A DNA stretch of 60,257 nucleotides from Acidimicrobiia bacterium (GTDB lineage Bacteria; Actinomycetota; Acidimicrobiia; IMCC26256; DASPTH01): positions 1 to 60,257 of the forward strand of contig DATBBL010000184.1 in assembly GCA_036271015.1 (NCBI GenBank), written 5' to 3'. This document shows, one piece after another, positions 45,452-54,196 of the stretch (positions within the stretch are counted from its first letter, which is position 1; every line of letters starts with the position of its first letter). The notes under the pieces are model-generated. The model was not told the DNA's origin and searched no databases. It saw only the letters and a program-made list of their open reading frames with translations. Made by a program: the position numbers and the translations under genes.

Positions 45452-47202
45452 TGCGCACCGATCGCGCCGGAGATCTCCGGAGCACCGACATCGACCGCGA
45501 CGTCGTCGTGTGCGGATGGGTCGACAGCCGCCGCGACCACGGCGGTGTGGTGTTCCTCGACGTGCGCGACGTCGCCGGCATCGTGCAGGTGGTCGTCGAC
45601 CCCGATCACGAGGTCGGCGCCGACGTCCACCGGGTGCGCAACGAGTACGTCGTGCGGGTCCAGGGTCGGGTCCGCCACCGGCCCGAGGGGACGGTCAACG
45701 ACACGCTGCCGACGGGGGAGGTCGAGGTCGCCGCCACCGTGCTCGAGGTGCTGAACGAGTCCGACACGCCGCCGTTCCCCGTCGACGATCGCATCGAGGC
45801 CGACGAGATGCTGCGGCTCCGGTATCGCTACGTCGACCTCCGTCGCCCGCGCTTGCAGCGCAACCTCCGGGTGCGGGCGCAGGTGAACGCGGCGCTGCAC
45901 CGATCGCTCGACGCCCGGGGCTTCACCGAGGTGGAGACGCCGATGCTGATCGCGTCGACGCCCGAGGGTGCGCGCGACTTCGTAGTACCCGCGCGCCTCT
46001 CGCCCGGCGAGTTCTACGCGCTGCCGCAGAGCCCGCAGCTGTTCAAGCAGCTGCTCATGGTGGGCGGCATGGATCGCTACTACCAGATCGCGCGCTGCCT
46101 GCGCGACGAAGACCTGCGTGCCGACCGGCAGTTCGAGTTCATGCAGCTCGACGCGGAGATGAGCTTCGCCGACGCCGACGACGTGATGGGCGTGATCGGC
46201 GAGGCGGTGCTCGACGCCGCCGAAGCAGTGACCGGATCGCGTCCGGGACCGGTGTCGCGCATGACCTGGCACCAGGCCCAGGAGCGCTACGGCTCCGACA
46301 AGCCCGACGTCCGGTTCGGTCTCGAGCTGGTCGACCTCGGTGAGGTGTTCGCGGCCACCGAGTTCCGGGCCTTCCAGGCCGACGTGGTGAAGGGCATCCG
46401 CCTGCCCGGCGAGGGCGGGATGTCGCGGGCCCAGGTCGACAAGCTGGTCGACCGGGCCAAGCAGCTCGGCGCCGGCGGCCTGGTCTGGATGCGCGTGGTC
46501 GACGGCGGCGCGCTCGAGTGCCAGGTGCTGAAGTTCCTGTCCGAGGCCGAGCAGATCGGCATCGTCGACACCCTGGCTGCGCAGCCGGGCGACCTGCTGC
46601 TGGTCGCGGCGGGCTCGCGCCGGGTCGTCGACCACGTGCTCGGGACCTTGCGGGTCGAGCTCGGCCGCCCGCCCGTGCACGAGGGCGGCCTGCAGTTCCT
46701 GTGGGTGGTCGACTTCCCGCTGTTCGAGGCCCTCGACGACGACGGCCGGCCCATCCCGGCGCACCACCCGTTCACCATGCCGCACCCCGACGACCTGGAG
46801 ATCCTCGCCCACGGGAAGGGGGAGGACCTGCTCGCGGTCCGGTCCCTCGCCTACGACCTGGTGCTCAACGGCTGGGAGCTCGGCTCGGGCAGCGTGCGTA
46901 TCCACCGGCCGGACCTGCAGCGCGAGATCTTCACCCTGCTCGGCATCTCCGACGAGGAGGCGCAGGCCCGCTTCGGCTTCCTGCTCGACGCCTTCCGCTA
47001 CGGCGCCCCGCCGCACGCCGGGTTCGCGTTCGGCATCGACCGGCTCACCGCCATCCTCGCGGGCGAGGACAACATCCGCGAGGTGATCGCGTTCCCCAAG
47101 ACCCAGTCGGGCACCGACCCGCTCACGGGTGCGCCCACGGCCATCGATCCGACCCAGCTGAAGGAGCTCGGCCTCTCGGTCCTGCCCCGGCCGAAGAAGT
47201 AG
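45448..47202 (+). CDS. aspS: Aspartate--tRNA ligase (probably non-discriminating type)
   Basis: OB fold (VVVCGWVDSRRDHGGVVFLDVRD), FYALPQSPQLFKQLLM, RCLRDEDLRADRQFEFMQLD and GLDRL. ATGA overlap with hisS. Confidence 0.95.
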   Translation: MMRTDRAGDLRSTDIDRDVVVCGWVDSRRDHGGVVFLDVRDVAGIVQVVVDPDHEVGADVHRVRNEYVVRVQGRVRHRPEGTVNDTLPTGEVEVAATVLEVLNESDTPPFPVDDRIEADEMLRLRYRYVDLRRPRLQRNLRVRAQVNAALHRSLDARGFTEVETPMLIASTPEGARDFVVPARLSPGEFYALPQSPQLFKQLLMVGGMDRYYQIARCLRDEDLRADRQFEFMQLDAEMSFADADDVMGVIGEAVLDAAEAVTGSRPGPVSRMTWHQAQERYGSDKPDVRFGLELVDLGEVFAATEFRAFQADVVKGIRLPGEGGMSRAQVDKLVDRAKQLGAGGLVWMRVVDGGALECQVLKFLSEAEQIGIVDTLAAQPGDLLLVAAGSRRVVDHVLGTLRVELGRPPVHEGGLQFLWVVDFPLFEALDDDGRPIPAHHPFTMPHPDDLEILAHGKGEDLLAVRSLAYDLVLNGWELGSGSVRIHRPDLQREIFTLLGISDEEAQARFGFLLDAFRYGAPPHAGFAFGIDRLTAILAGEDNIREVIAFPKTQSGTDPLTGAPTAIDPTQLKELGLSVLPRPKK

Positions 47203-47218
47203 GCGGGCCAAAGCATTC

Positions 47219-47260
47219 GGCGCGAAGCGCCCCGCCCCAGAGCCGTAGTGCAGGGCGGGG
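47219..47260. terminator. GC hairpins between convergent aspS and anti-sigma genes
   Basis: GGCGC-gaa-GCGCC (47219-47231) and an 8-bp CCCCGCCC/GGGCGGGG stem (47230-47260). Confidence 0.3.
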
Positions 47261-47328
47261 GCGACTACGGCAGGGGCGGGGCGATCGTGCGGGCTCGGGT
47301 TGGCCGACCCCTACGTCGCGACTCGTGG

Positions 47329-48006
47329 TCAGAGCAGCGGGAAGCTGATGGTCTTGTCGGCGTCGACGTTGATGCCACCGAGGCGGCCGACCCGGGCGGC
47401 GGTCCCGTCGTGCGCGTCCCAGGCGTACATCCCGGTGTAGGTGCCGGCGGGCACGCCGGTGATCGCGTAGTTCCCGGCGCCGTCGACCGGGGCGCTGAAG
47501 CTGCCACCGTCACCGCTCAACGACACCGTGACCGTCACGCCCGCGGGGATGTTCGACACCGTGCCCGACACCGTGTAGCGCGCGGGTGGCGGTGGCGCCA
47601 CCGCGGGCTGCGGTGCGGGCGGCGTCGTCGGAGCAGGCGCGGCATCCGCGCCCCGGTCGGCGGTGACGGCAGGGGCGGAGGTGGTCGGGGGCGCCGCGGT
47701 GGTCGGGGGCGCGGTCGTGACCGGCGCCGGGATCGTGGTCGGCGCGACGGTCACCGTCGTGCCGGGCGTGGAGCTCGAGCTCGCGGTCTCGATGCGGTTG
47801 GTGCCGGAGCCCGACGAAGAGCCGCCGGCCGTGAGCGCGGCCACGCCCACGGCCAAGGCGGCGATCATGCCGAGCGCACCCGCGCCCTGCATGACCCGGC
47901 GCCGGCGCCCCATCTGGTGGGCGCGGGCGGCGACGGCAGCGCGCTCCCGCTCGCCCGGGACCGGGGGCGACGGGTCGCGCAGCTGGGAGTTGTCCCACTC
48001 GGTCAC
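47329..48006 (-). CDS. Putative anti-sigma factor: cytoplasmic N-domain, one TM, Pro/Thr linker, carboxypeptidase-regulatory-like beta domain
   Basis: GTGA overlap with the sigma-factor stop. The TM is ALGMIAALAVGVAAL. The C-terminal YTVSGTVSNIPAGVTVTV...GNYAITGVPAGTYTG resembles CarboxypepD_reg. There is no HxxxCxxC (ZAS) motif. Confidence 0.65.
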   Translation of the reverse strand: MTEWDNSQLRDPSPPVPGERERAAVAARAHQMGRRRRVMQGAGALGMIAALAVGVAALTAGGSSSGSGTNRIETASSSSTPGTTVTVAPTTIPAPVTTAPPTTAAPPTTSAPAVTADRGADAAPAPTTPPAPQPAVAPPPPARYTVSGTVSNIPAGVTVTVSLSGDGGSFSAPVDGAGNYAITGVPAGTYTGMYAWDAHDGTAARVGRLGGINVDADKTISFPLL

Positions 48007-48548
48007 CGGTGCTCCCGGAGATCACCGGCGTCGTCGACGCGCATCGCGCTGCGGAGGGCGGCGAGGCCGCGGCTGGCGTGCTGCTTCACCGACCCGACCG
48101 AGCACCCCAGCACCCTTGCCACGTCGGCCTCGGGCAGGTCGGCGAGGAAGCGCAGCACGATCACCTCGCGCTGGCGGCGCGACAGGCCGTCGAGGGCGCG
48201 GTGGAGGTCGACGCGCTGGCCGGTGGGACCGGGCGCGCTCTCGGTGCGGTGCTCGGTGGCGGCGTCGGTGTCGACCCGCTGTCGACCGCGCCAGGCGTCG
48301 ATGGCGAGGTTCCCGGCGACCCGCACGACCCAGGCCTCGGCGTAGCCGCGGACCTTGCGCCAACGCACGAACGCACGCGCCAGGGTCTCCTGGGCGACGT
48401 CCTCGGCCTCGCTCCGGCGTCCCAGCAGTTGGTACGCCACGCCGTAGGCGCGGAGGTAGAGGTCCTCGAAGGCCTCCTCGAACACCAGGTCGATGGTGGC
48501 GGGGGCGAACGACGGGGTGACCGACTCGTCCACCGGCTCGTCCACCAA
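48003..48548 (-). CDS. ECF-type RNA polymerase sigma-70 family factor
   Basis: Region 2 (YLRAYGVAYQLLGRRSEAEDVAQETLARAF...WVVRVAGNLAIDAWR) and region 4 (LSRRQREVIVLRFLADLPEADVARVLGCSVGSVKQHASRG). TTG 48548 (or GTG 48545) lies 5 nt after AGGAGGG. Confidence 0.85.
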   Translation of the reverse strand: MVDEPVDESVTPSFAPATIDLVFEEAFEDLYLRAYGVAYQLLGRRSEAEDVAQETLARAFVRWRKVRGYAEAWVVRVAGNLAIDAWRGRQRVDTDAATEHRTESAPGPTGQRVDLHRALDGLSRRQREVIVLRFLADLPEADVARVLGCSVGSVKQHASRGLAALRSAMRVDDAGDLREHR

Positions 48549-48753
48549 CTCGACCCTCCTGTCGAATCGCCCGACCGTGGGTCGATGAGCCTCGAGTGTC
48601 GCTGTCACGGGAAGAATACGCCCGAGGGTGAGCGAAGGTTGACAGGCGGTCGAAGAAACCCGTGCGGCGGGCCGCTGGGTCACCCTCGTCACCACCGAGC
48701 GCGTCGTGCCGGTCACGCGAGGTGGTGCCGGGTGGCGGGCGCGGGGGTGGTCC

Positions 48754-48768
48754 TACCATCGACCGGTG
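48754..48768 (+). promoter_or_regulatory. Candidate -10 (TACCAT) + 6 nt + GTG: leaderless rarA start
   Basis: Same hexamer and spacing as at pdxS and hisS. The resulting N-terminus aligns with RarA homologues. Confidence 0.45.
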
Positions 48769-50100
48769 ACCGACGATCTCTTCAGCGCCGCCGTCACCGA
48801 GCGCCTCGAGCGCCGGGCGCCGCTGGCGGCGCGCCTGCGGCCGCGCTCGCTCGACGAGGTGATCGGCCAGGAGCAGCTGCTCGGACCCGGTCGGCCGTTG
48901 CGCGTCCTCATCGAGGCCGACCGACTCTCCTCGGTGATCCTCTGGGGACCGCCCGGCACCGGGAAGACCACCATCGCCCGCCTCGTCGCCGGCGCGACCA
49001 GCAAGGCGTTCGAGCCGCTGTCGGCGGTCACCGCCGGGGTCAAGGACGTGCGCGAGGTCGCCGAGCGCGCCCGCGCCCGGATGGGCGAGCAGGGCCGCGG
49101 CACCATCCTCTTCCTCGACGAGGTGCACCGCTTCAACCGGACCCAGCAGGACGCGCTGCTGCCGCACGTGGAGGAGGGGCTCCTCGTGCTGATCGGCGCC
49201 ACCACCGAGAACCCGTTCTTCTCGCTCACCGGCCCGCTGCTGTCGCGCTCGACCCTCTTCCGGCTCGAGTCGTTGAGCGTCGACGACCTGCGCGCGCTGC
49301 TCCGCCGTGCCCTCGCCGACGAGGGGCGGGGCCTCGGCGACGAGCACCTCGAGATCGACGACGACGCCCTCGGGCACCTCGCCGACCGCGCCGAGGGCGA
49401 CGCCCGTCACGCGCTCACCTCGCTCGAGGTGGCCGCCGCCCTCGCCGCCGAATCGGGTCGCCGCGCCATCACCCTCGCCGACACCGAGGCCGCGCTGGCG
49501 CTGCGGGCGCTCCGCTACGGCGACGACGAGCACTACGACGTGCTCTCGGCGTTCATCAAGAGCATCCGCGGGTCCGACGTCGACGCCGGTCTCTACTGGC
49601 TCGCCCGCATGCTGACGGCGGGGGAGGACCCGCGCCTCATCGCGCGCCGGCTCGTCATCCTCGCGTCGGAGGACGTCGGCATGGCCGATCCCCAGGGACT
49701 CGTCGTCGCCGACGCCGCCGCGCGCGCGGTCGAGTTCGTGGGCATGCCCGAGGCGCAGCTCAACCTCGCCCACGCGGTGACGTATCTGGCCGCGGCGCCG
49801 AAGTCGAATTCGGTCACCACCGCGCTCGGTGCCGCGATGCAGGACGTGCGCGACCAGCCCGCGGGGGCGGTCCCGCCGCACCTCCGGGACTCCCATTACC
49901 CTGGCGCGGCGAAGCTCGGGCACGGCGATGGCTACGTGTACCCGCACGACGAACCGGACGGGTGGGTGCGTCAGCAGTACCGTCCCAACGATCACGACGA
50001 CCGCTACTGGCGGCCGACCGGGCGGGGCGGCGACGTCGACCGGAGAGCGGCGGGGACCGGTCCGGACCAAGTCGATGAAGGTGGAGTGAGGTCGGAATGA
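48766..50100 (+). CDS. rarA: Replication-associated recombination protein A (RarA/MgsA AAA+ ATPase)
   Basis: PLAARLRPRSLDEVIGQEQLLGPG, Walker A WGPPGTGKTT, Walker B LFLDEVHRFN, and a C-terminal MgsA domain (HLRDSHY). Confidence 0.92.
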   Translation: MTDDLFSAAVTERLERRAPLAARLRPRSLDEVIGQEQLLGPGRPLRVLIEADRLSSVILWGPPGTGKTTIARLVAGATSKAFEPLSAVTAGVKDVREVAERARARMGEQGRGTILFLDEVHRFNRTQQDALLPHVEEGLLVLIGATTENPFFSLTGPLLSRSTLFRLESLSVDDLRALLRRALADEGRGLGDEHLEIDDDALGHLADRAEGDARHALTSLEVAAALAAESGRRAITLADTEAALALRALRYGDDEHYDVLSAFIKSIRGSDVDAGLYWLARMLTAGEDPRLIARRLVILASEDVGMADPQGLVVADAAARAVEFVGMPEAQLNLAHAVTYLAAAPKSNSVTTALGAAMQDVRDQPAGAVPPHLRDSHYPGAAKLGHGDGYVYPHDEPDGWVRQQYRPNDHDDRYWRPTGRGGDVDRRAAGTGPDQVDEGGVRSE

Positions 50101-50465
50101 GCGGGAGCGAGTGGGCCGCCGTCTTCGCGGCGCAGGTGTGCCTGGTGCTGCTGGTCGTGCTGGTGGTCGTCATCGTGCGGGTCGAGCGCGCCGCCCGCGA
50201 CCTGCGCGCCGCCGCGGCCGACTTCCGGGCCGAGGCCGAGCCCGCGCTCGAGGAGCTGCGGGCGGTCGTGCGCTCCGCCGACTTCGAGCTCGACCGGGTC
50301 GACGCCATCGTCACCGGCGCCGAGCGGGTGAGCGGGCGGGTGGACTCCGCGTCCGACCTCGCCTACCGCACCTTCACCAACCCGGTGGTCAAGGCGCTCG
50401 CGGTCGGTACCGGCACCCGCCGCGCCGTCCAGCGGCTCAAGGGTGACAAGCGGCGGGTGTCCTGA
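50097..50465 (+). CDS. DUF948-like membrane-anchored coiled-coil protein
   Basis: N-terminal TM, then LRAAAADFRAEAEPALEELRAVVRSADFELDRVD. ATGA overlap with rarA. A gene of this type commonly precedes alaS in Actinomycetota. Confidence 0.7.
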   Translation: MSGSEWAAVFAAQVCLVLLVVLVVVIVRVERAARDLRAAAADFRAEAEPALEELRAVVRSADFELDRVDAIVTGAERVSGRVDSASDLAYRTFTNPVVKALAVGTGTRRAVQRLKGDKRRVS

Positions 50466-50764
50466 TGTTCAAGCGCGCCACGTGGCTCGGAGTGGGGTTC
50501 ACCCTCGGGGTCGGCAGCACCGTCATGGCCGCTCGCAAGGCCCGTCAGCAGCTCGACCGCTACAAGGCCAACGCGGTGGTCGACCGCGTCACCACGACGG
50601 TCAGCGGCAAGGCGTCGACCTTCCGCGACCAGGTCACCGCGGCCCTGAGCGAAGGCCGGGAGGCCGCCAAGACCCGCGAGGAGGAGCTGCGCGCCGATCG
50701 GCCGCGGCGCGTCGACGCGACCGACGAGTCCCTCGACGAGCTCGAGGCGCGCCGCAACCGGTGA
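50465..50764 (+). CDS. Small hypothetical membrane protein (99 aa)
   Basis: One hydrophobic helix (WLGVGFTLGVGSTVMA), then a charged tail. High GC3. TGATG junction with the upstream gene. Confidence 0.65.
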   Translation: MFKRATWLGVGFTLGVGSTVMAARKARQQLDRYKANAVVDRVTTTVSGKASTFRDQVTAALSEGREAAKTREEELRADRPRRVDATDESLDELEARRNR

Positions 50765-50806
50765 CGGCAACGGGGGACACCCGGTCGGATCGCCGAGGAC
50801 AGGCGG

Positions 50807-50822
50807 TACGATTTGTCCCGTG
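50807..50822 (+). promoter_or_regulatory. Candidate -10 (TACGAT) + 7 nt + GTG: leaderless alaS start
   Basis: TANNNT hexamer spacing. No SD. Confidence 0.4.
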
Positions 50823-53459
50823 TCCCCGCCGCGAACCGCCGATGAGCTGCGCGCTGCCTTCCTCGAGTTCTTCGCCGCGCGCGGCCACACGCCGGTCGCG
50901 TCCTCGAGCCTGATCCCGCACGACGACACCCTCCTGTTCACGAACGCGGGGATGGTTCCGTTCAAGCCGTACTTCGTGGGCGACGAGACGCCGCCGTACC
51001 GACGCGCCACGTCGGTGCAGAAGTGCGTGCGCGCGGGCGGGAAGCACAACGACCTCGACGACGTCGGGCGCACCGATCGCCACTTCACGTTCTTCGAGAT
51101 GCTGGGCAACTTCAGCTTCGGCGACTACTTCAAGCGCGAGGCGATCGAGTGGGCGTGGGCGTTCTACACCGGCGTGCTGGGGCTCGATCCCGAGCGCCTC
51201 TGGGTGACGGTGCACACCACCGACGACGAGGCCGCCGAGATCTGGCACGACGTCGTGGGCCTGCCCGCGGCGCGGATCCAGCGCCTGGGCGACGACAACT
51301 TCTGGCGCATGGCCGACACCGGCCCCTGCGGCCCCAGCTCCGAGATCTTCTGGGACCGCGGGCCCGAATTCGGGCCGGCGACCGGCCCGGCGGAGAACGA
51401 GGACCGCTACGTCGAGATCTGGAACCTCGTGTTCATGCAGTTCGACGCCCGGCCCGACGGCGAGCTGGTGCCGCTGCCGGCGCCGAGCGTCGACACCGGT
51501 GCCGGGTTGGAACGCAACCTCGCCGTCCTGCAGGACGCCGCGTCCACCTGGGACATCGACATCTGGCAGCCGCTGCTGGCGGCGGCGGAGAAGGTCACCG
51601 GCGTCCGGTACGGCACCTTCCCCGGGTCCGCGAGCGACGTCTCGCTCCGGATCCTGGCCGAGCACGGCCGGACCATGACCTTCCTCGTCGCCGACGGCGT
51701 GGTGCCGTCGAACGAGGAGCGCGGGTACGTGTTGCGGCGCATCATCCGGCGGGCGGTGCGGCACGCGTTCCTGCTCGGCGCCGAGCAGATGGTCACGCCG
51801 GCGCTGGTCGACGCCACCGTCGACGTCATGGGCGGTGCGTACCCGGAGATCGTGCGGCAGCACGAGCTGGTGCGCAGCATCGTCGGTCGCGAGGAAGAGC
51901 GCTTCCGGCAGACGCTGGCGCGCGGGCTCGACCTGCTCGACGGCGTGCTCGAGCGCGGCGATGTCACGGGCGGTGACGCGTTCTTCCTGCACGACACGCT
52001 GGGGTTCCCGATCGACCTCACGCGCGAGATCGCGGGGGAGCGCGGGCGCGAGGTCGACGTCGAGGGCTTCCGTGCCCTCATGCAGGAGCAGCGCACGCGC
52101 GCCAAGGACGCGCACAAGGCCGCGGGCGGCAAGGGTGAGGGCGCGCCCCTCGAGCTCTACCGCGAGCTGGCCGACGAGCTCGGGCCCACCGACTTCACCG
52201 GGCGCCAGGAGTACGAGACCGTCGGGACGAAGGTGCGGGCGATCGTGGGTGGCCGGGAGCGGCTGGCGCAGGCGGACGCCGGCACCGCGGTGAGCGTCGT
52301 GCTGGACCGCACGCCGTTCTATGCCGAGTCGGGTGGGCAGGTCGGCGACACCGGGATCATCGAGACGTCGACCGGCGCCCGGGTGCGCGTCGACGACACC
52401 CAGTACGGCCTGCCGGGCCTGGTGCTGCACCTCGGCGTGGTCGAAGCGGGAACCGTCGCCGAGGGCGACGAGGCGGTGGCACGCATCGACGGTCCTCGCC
52501 GCGACGCCATCCGCCGCAACCACACCGCGACGCACGTCCTCCATTGGGCGCTGCGCGAGGTGCTCGGTCCGCACGTGAAGCAGGCGGGATCGTTGGTCGC
52601 GCCCGACCGGCTCCGCTTCGACTTCAGCCACCACGAGGCGGTGAGTCGCGAACAGCTCGACCGCATCGAGGCGTTGGCGAATGCCGAGATCATCGGCGAC
52701 GCCCCCGTGCGTCACTACGAAACCACCAAGGAGCACGCGGAGTCGCTGGGCGCGATCGCGTTCTTCGGCGACAAGTACGGCGACCTCGTGCGTGTGCTCG
52801 AAGCGGGCGACCACTCCATCGAGCTCTGCGGTGGGACCCACGTGCACGCGCTCGGCTTCATCGGCCCGATCAAGATCGTGAGCGAGGGGTCGATCGGGGC
52901 CAACCTGCGTCGCATCGAGGCGGTCACCGGCGAGGGCGCGCTCGCCCGCATCCACGACGAAGAGGTGCAGCTGCGCGACCTCGCCGACACGTTGCGCGTC
53001 GCGCCCGCGGAGCTCCCCGATCGGGTCGAGCGCCTGCTCGAGCAGGTCAAGTCGCTCCAGGACGAGCTGGCCGCGGAGCGGGCGCGTCAGGCGGGCGCGG
53101 AGGCGGCGACGCTGGCCGCCGGCGCGCACGACGGTGTCGTGGTGGTGCGGCGCGACGGGCTGACTCCCGGCGAGCTGCGCACGCTGGCGATCGCGACCCG
53201 CGACGCGCTGGGCTCCGGGATCGTCGGGCTGCTGGGCCTCGACGGCGAAGGCACCAAGGCGGGGCTCGCGGTCGCGGTGAGCAAGGACCGGGTCGACGGT
53301 GGCGCATCCGCCGCCGACATCGCCCGCGACGCGGCGAAGGCGTTGGGTGGGGGCACCGCCAAGCACGCCGACGTGGTGCAGGGCGGCGGCCAGAACGTCG
53401 GCGCGATCGACGACGCGTTCGGACTCCTCGACTCGGCGGTGCGCGCCGCCGCCGAGTGA
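50820..53459 (+). CDS. alaS: Alanine--tRNA ligase
   Basis: ELRAAFLEFFAARGHTPVASSSLIP, FTNAGM, KHNDLDDVGRTDRHFTFFEMLGNFSFGDYFK, the editing-domain HTATHVLH, and a C-terminal DHHA1-like domain. Confidence 0.96.
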   Translation: MSPPRTADELRAAFLEFFAARGHTPVASSSLIPHDDTLLFTNAGMVPFKPYFVGDETPPYRRATSVQKCVRAGGKHNDLDDVGRTDRHFTFFEMLGNFSFGDYFKREAIEWAWAFYTGVLGLDPERLWVTVHTTDDEAAEIWHDVVGLPAARIQRLGDDNFWRMADTGPCGPSSEIFWDRGPEFGPATGPAENEDRYVEIWNLVFMQFDARPDGELVPLPAPSVDTGAGLERNLAVLQDAASTWDIDIWQPLLAAAEKVTGVRYGTFPGSASDVSLRILAEHGRTMTFLVADGVVPSNEERGYVLRRIIRRAVRHAFLLGAEQMVTPALVDATVDVMGGAYPEIVRQHELVRSIVGREEERFRQTLARGLDLLDGVLERGDVTGGDAFFLHDTLGFPIDLTREIAGERGREVDVEGFRALMQEQRTRAKDAHKAAGGKGEGAPLELYRELADELGPTDFTGRQEYETVGTKVRAIVGGRERLAQADAGTAVSVVLDRTPFYAESGGQVGDTGIIETSTGARVRVDDTQYGLPGLVLHLGVVEAGTVAEGDEAVARIDGPRRDAIRRNHTATHVLHWALREVLGPHVKQAGSLVAPDRLRFDFSHHEAVSREQLDRIEALANAEIIGDAPVRHYETTKEHAESLGAIAFFGDKYGDLVRVLEAGDHSIELCGGTHVHALGFIGPIKIVSEGSIGANLRRIEAVTGEGALARIHDEEVQLRDLADTLRVAPAELPDRVERLLEQVKSLQDELAAERARQAGAEAATLAAGAHDGVVVVRRDGLTPGELRTLAIATRDALGSGIVGLLGLDGEGTKAGLAVAVSKDRVDGGASAADIARDAAKALGGGTAKHADVVQGGGQNVGAIDDAFGLLDSAVRAAAE

Positions 53460-53920
53460 CGGGCCGCGGCGGACGCGTTCTCGGGGTCGATCTCGGGTCG
53501 CGCCGCATCGGTCTCGCCGCGAGCGACCCGTCCGGGATCCTCGCCAGCCCGCACGCGACGCTCACGCGCGGTTCCTCGGTCGACGACGACCACGGCGCAA
53601 TCCTGGCCGCGGCGCGCGCGCTCGGTGCCACCCGGATCGTCGTCGGCCTGCCTCGCTCGCTCTCGGGCGACCTGGGGCCGGCGGCGCGCGGGGTGCTGGC
53701 CGAGATCGAGGCGTTGCAGGCGCGGGCGCGCCCCGAGGGCGTGGAGGTCGACACCTACGATGAGCGGTTCACCACGATGATCGCCCAGCGCAACCTCCGC
53801 GATGCGACTCCCCGGCGCAACCGTCGCCGGCGCGCCCGGCGCGACGACATCGACGCCTCGGCGGCGGCGGTGATCCTGCAGTCGTGGCTCGACGCGCGGC
53901 GGGCCGGGCCGCCCGGGTGA
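53456..53920 (+). CDS. ruvX: Holliday junction resolvase-like nuclease RuvX (YqgF)
   Basis: VLGVDLGSRRIGLAASDP, IVVGLPRSLSGDLGPAA, DERFTT and AAVILQSWLD. GTGA overlap with alaS. Confidence 0.88.
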   Translation: MTGRGGRVLGVDLGSRRIGLAASDPSGILASPHATLTRGSSVDDDHGAILAAARALGATRIVVGLPRSLSGDLGPAARGVLAEIEALQARARPEGVEVDTYDERFTTMIAQRNLRDATPRRNRRRRARRDDIDASAAAVILQSWLDARRAGPPG

Positions 53921-53984
53921 CCCCGCCCGACGACGGCGGCCACGACGAACCGAGGCTCCGCCGGCCCGAGTACCCGTCCACCCC

Positions 53985-54190
53985 TGAATCCCGTGGGACC
54001 GATTCGCCCACCGATTCGCTGCCCAGGTTCGCCGAATCCACCGATTCGCCCGCCGATTCGGTGCCCGGGTCCGCCGAATCCGCCGATTCGCCCACCGATT
54101 CGGTGCCCGGGTTCGCCGAATCCGCCGATTCGCCCACCGATTCGGTGCCCGGGTCCGCCGAATTCACCGATTCGCCGGCCGAATCGGTCC
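53985..54190 (+). repeat. 42-bp tandem repeat, 4 full copies plus partial flanking copies (units at 54001, 54043, 54085, 54127, partial at 54169)
   Basis: The unit is gattcgcccaccgattcggtgcccgggtccgccgaatccgcc. In the frame of GTG 53917 it encodes DSP(T/A)DS(V/L)P(G/R)(S/F)AE(S/F)(A/T). Confidence 0.9.
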
Positions 54191-54196
54191 CACGGC

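Noticed and set aside
53985-54190. Possible CRISPR array, because of the regularly spaced 42-bp repeats
   Set aside because: The repeats abut with no unique spacers, the period is a multiple of three and reads as a peptide repeat, and no cas genes are nearby. It is a tandem (VNTR-type) repeat.
53993-54196. Reading the repeat array in the MltG frame as a Cys-containing PPIRCPG(S/P)PNPPIR N-terminal extension
   Set aside because: Lower third-position GC than the alternative frame, an odd Cys-rich cytoplasmic repeat, and no start signal at 53993. It is kept as a possibility in the finding but not annotated as CDS.
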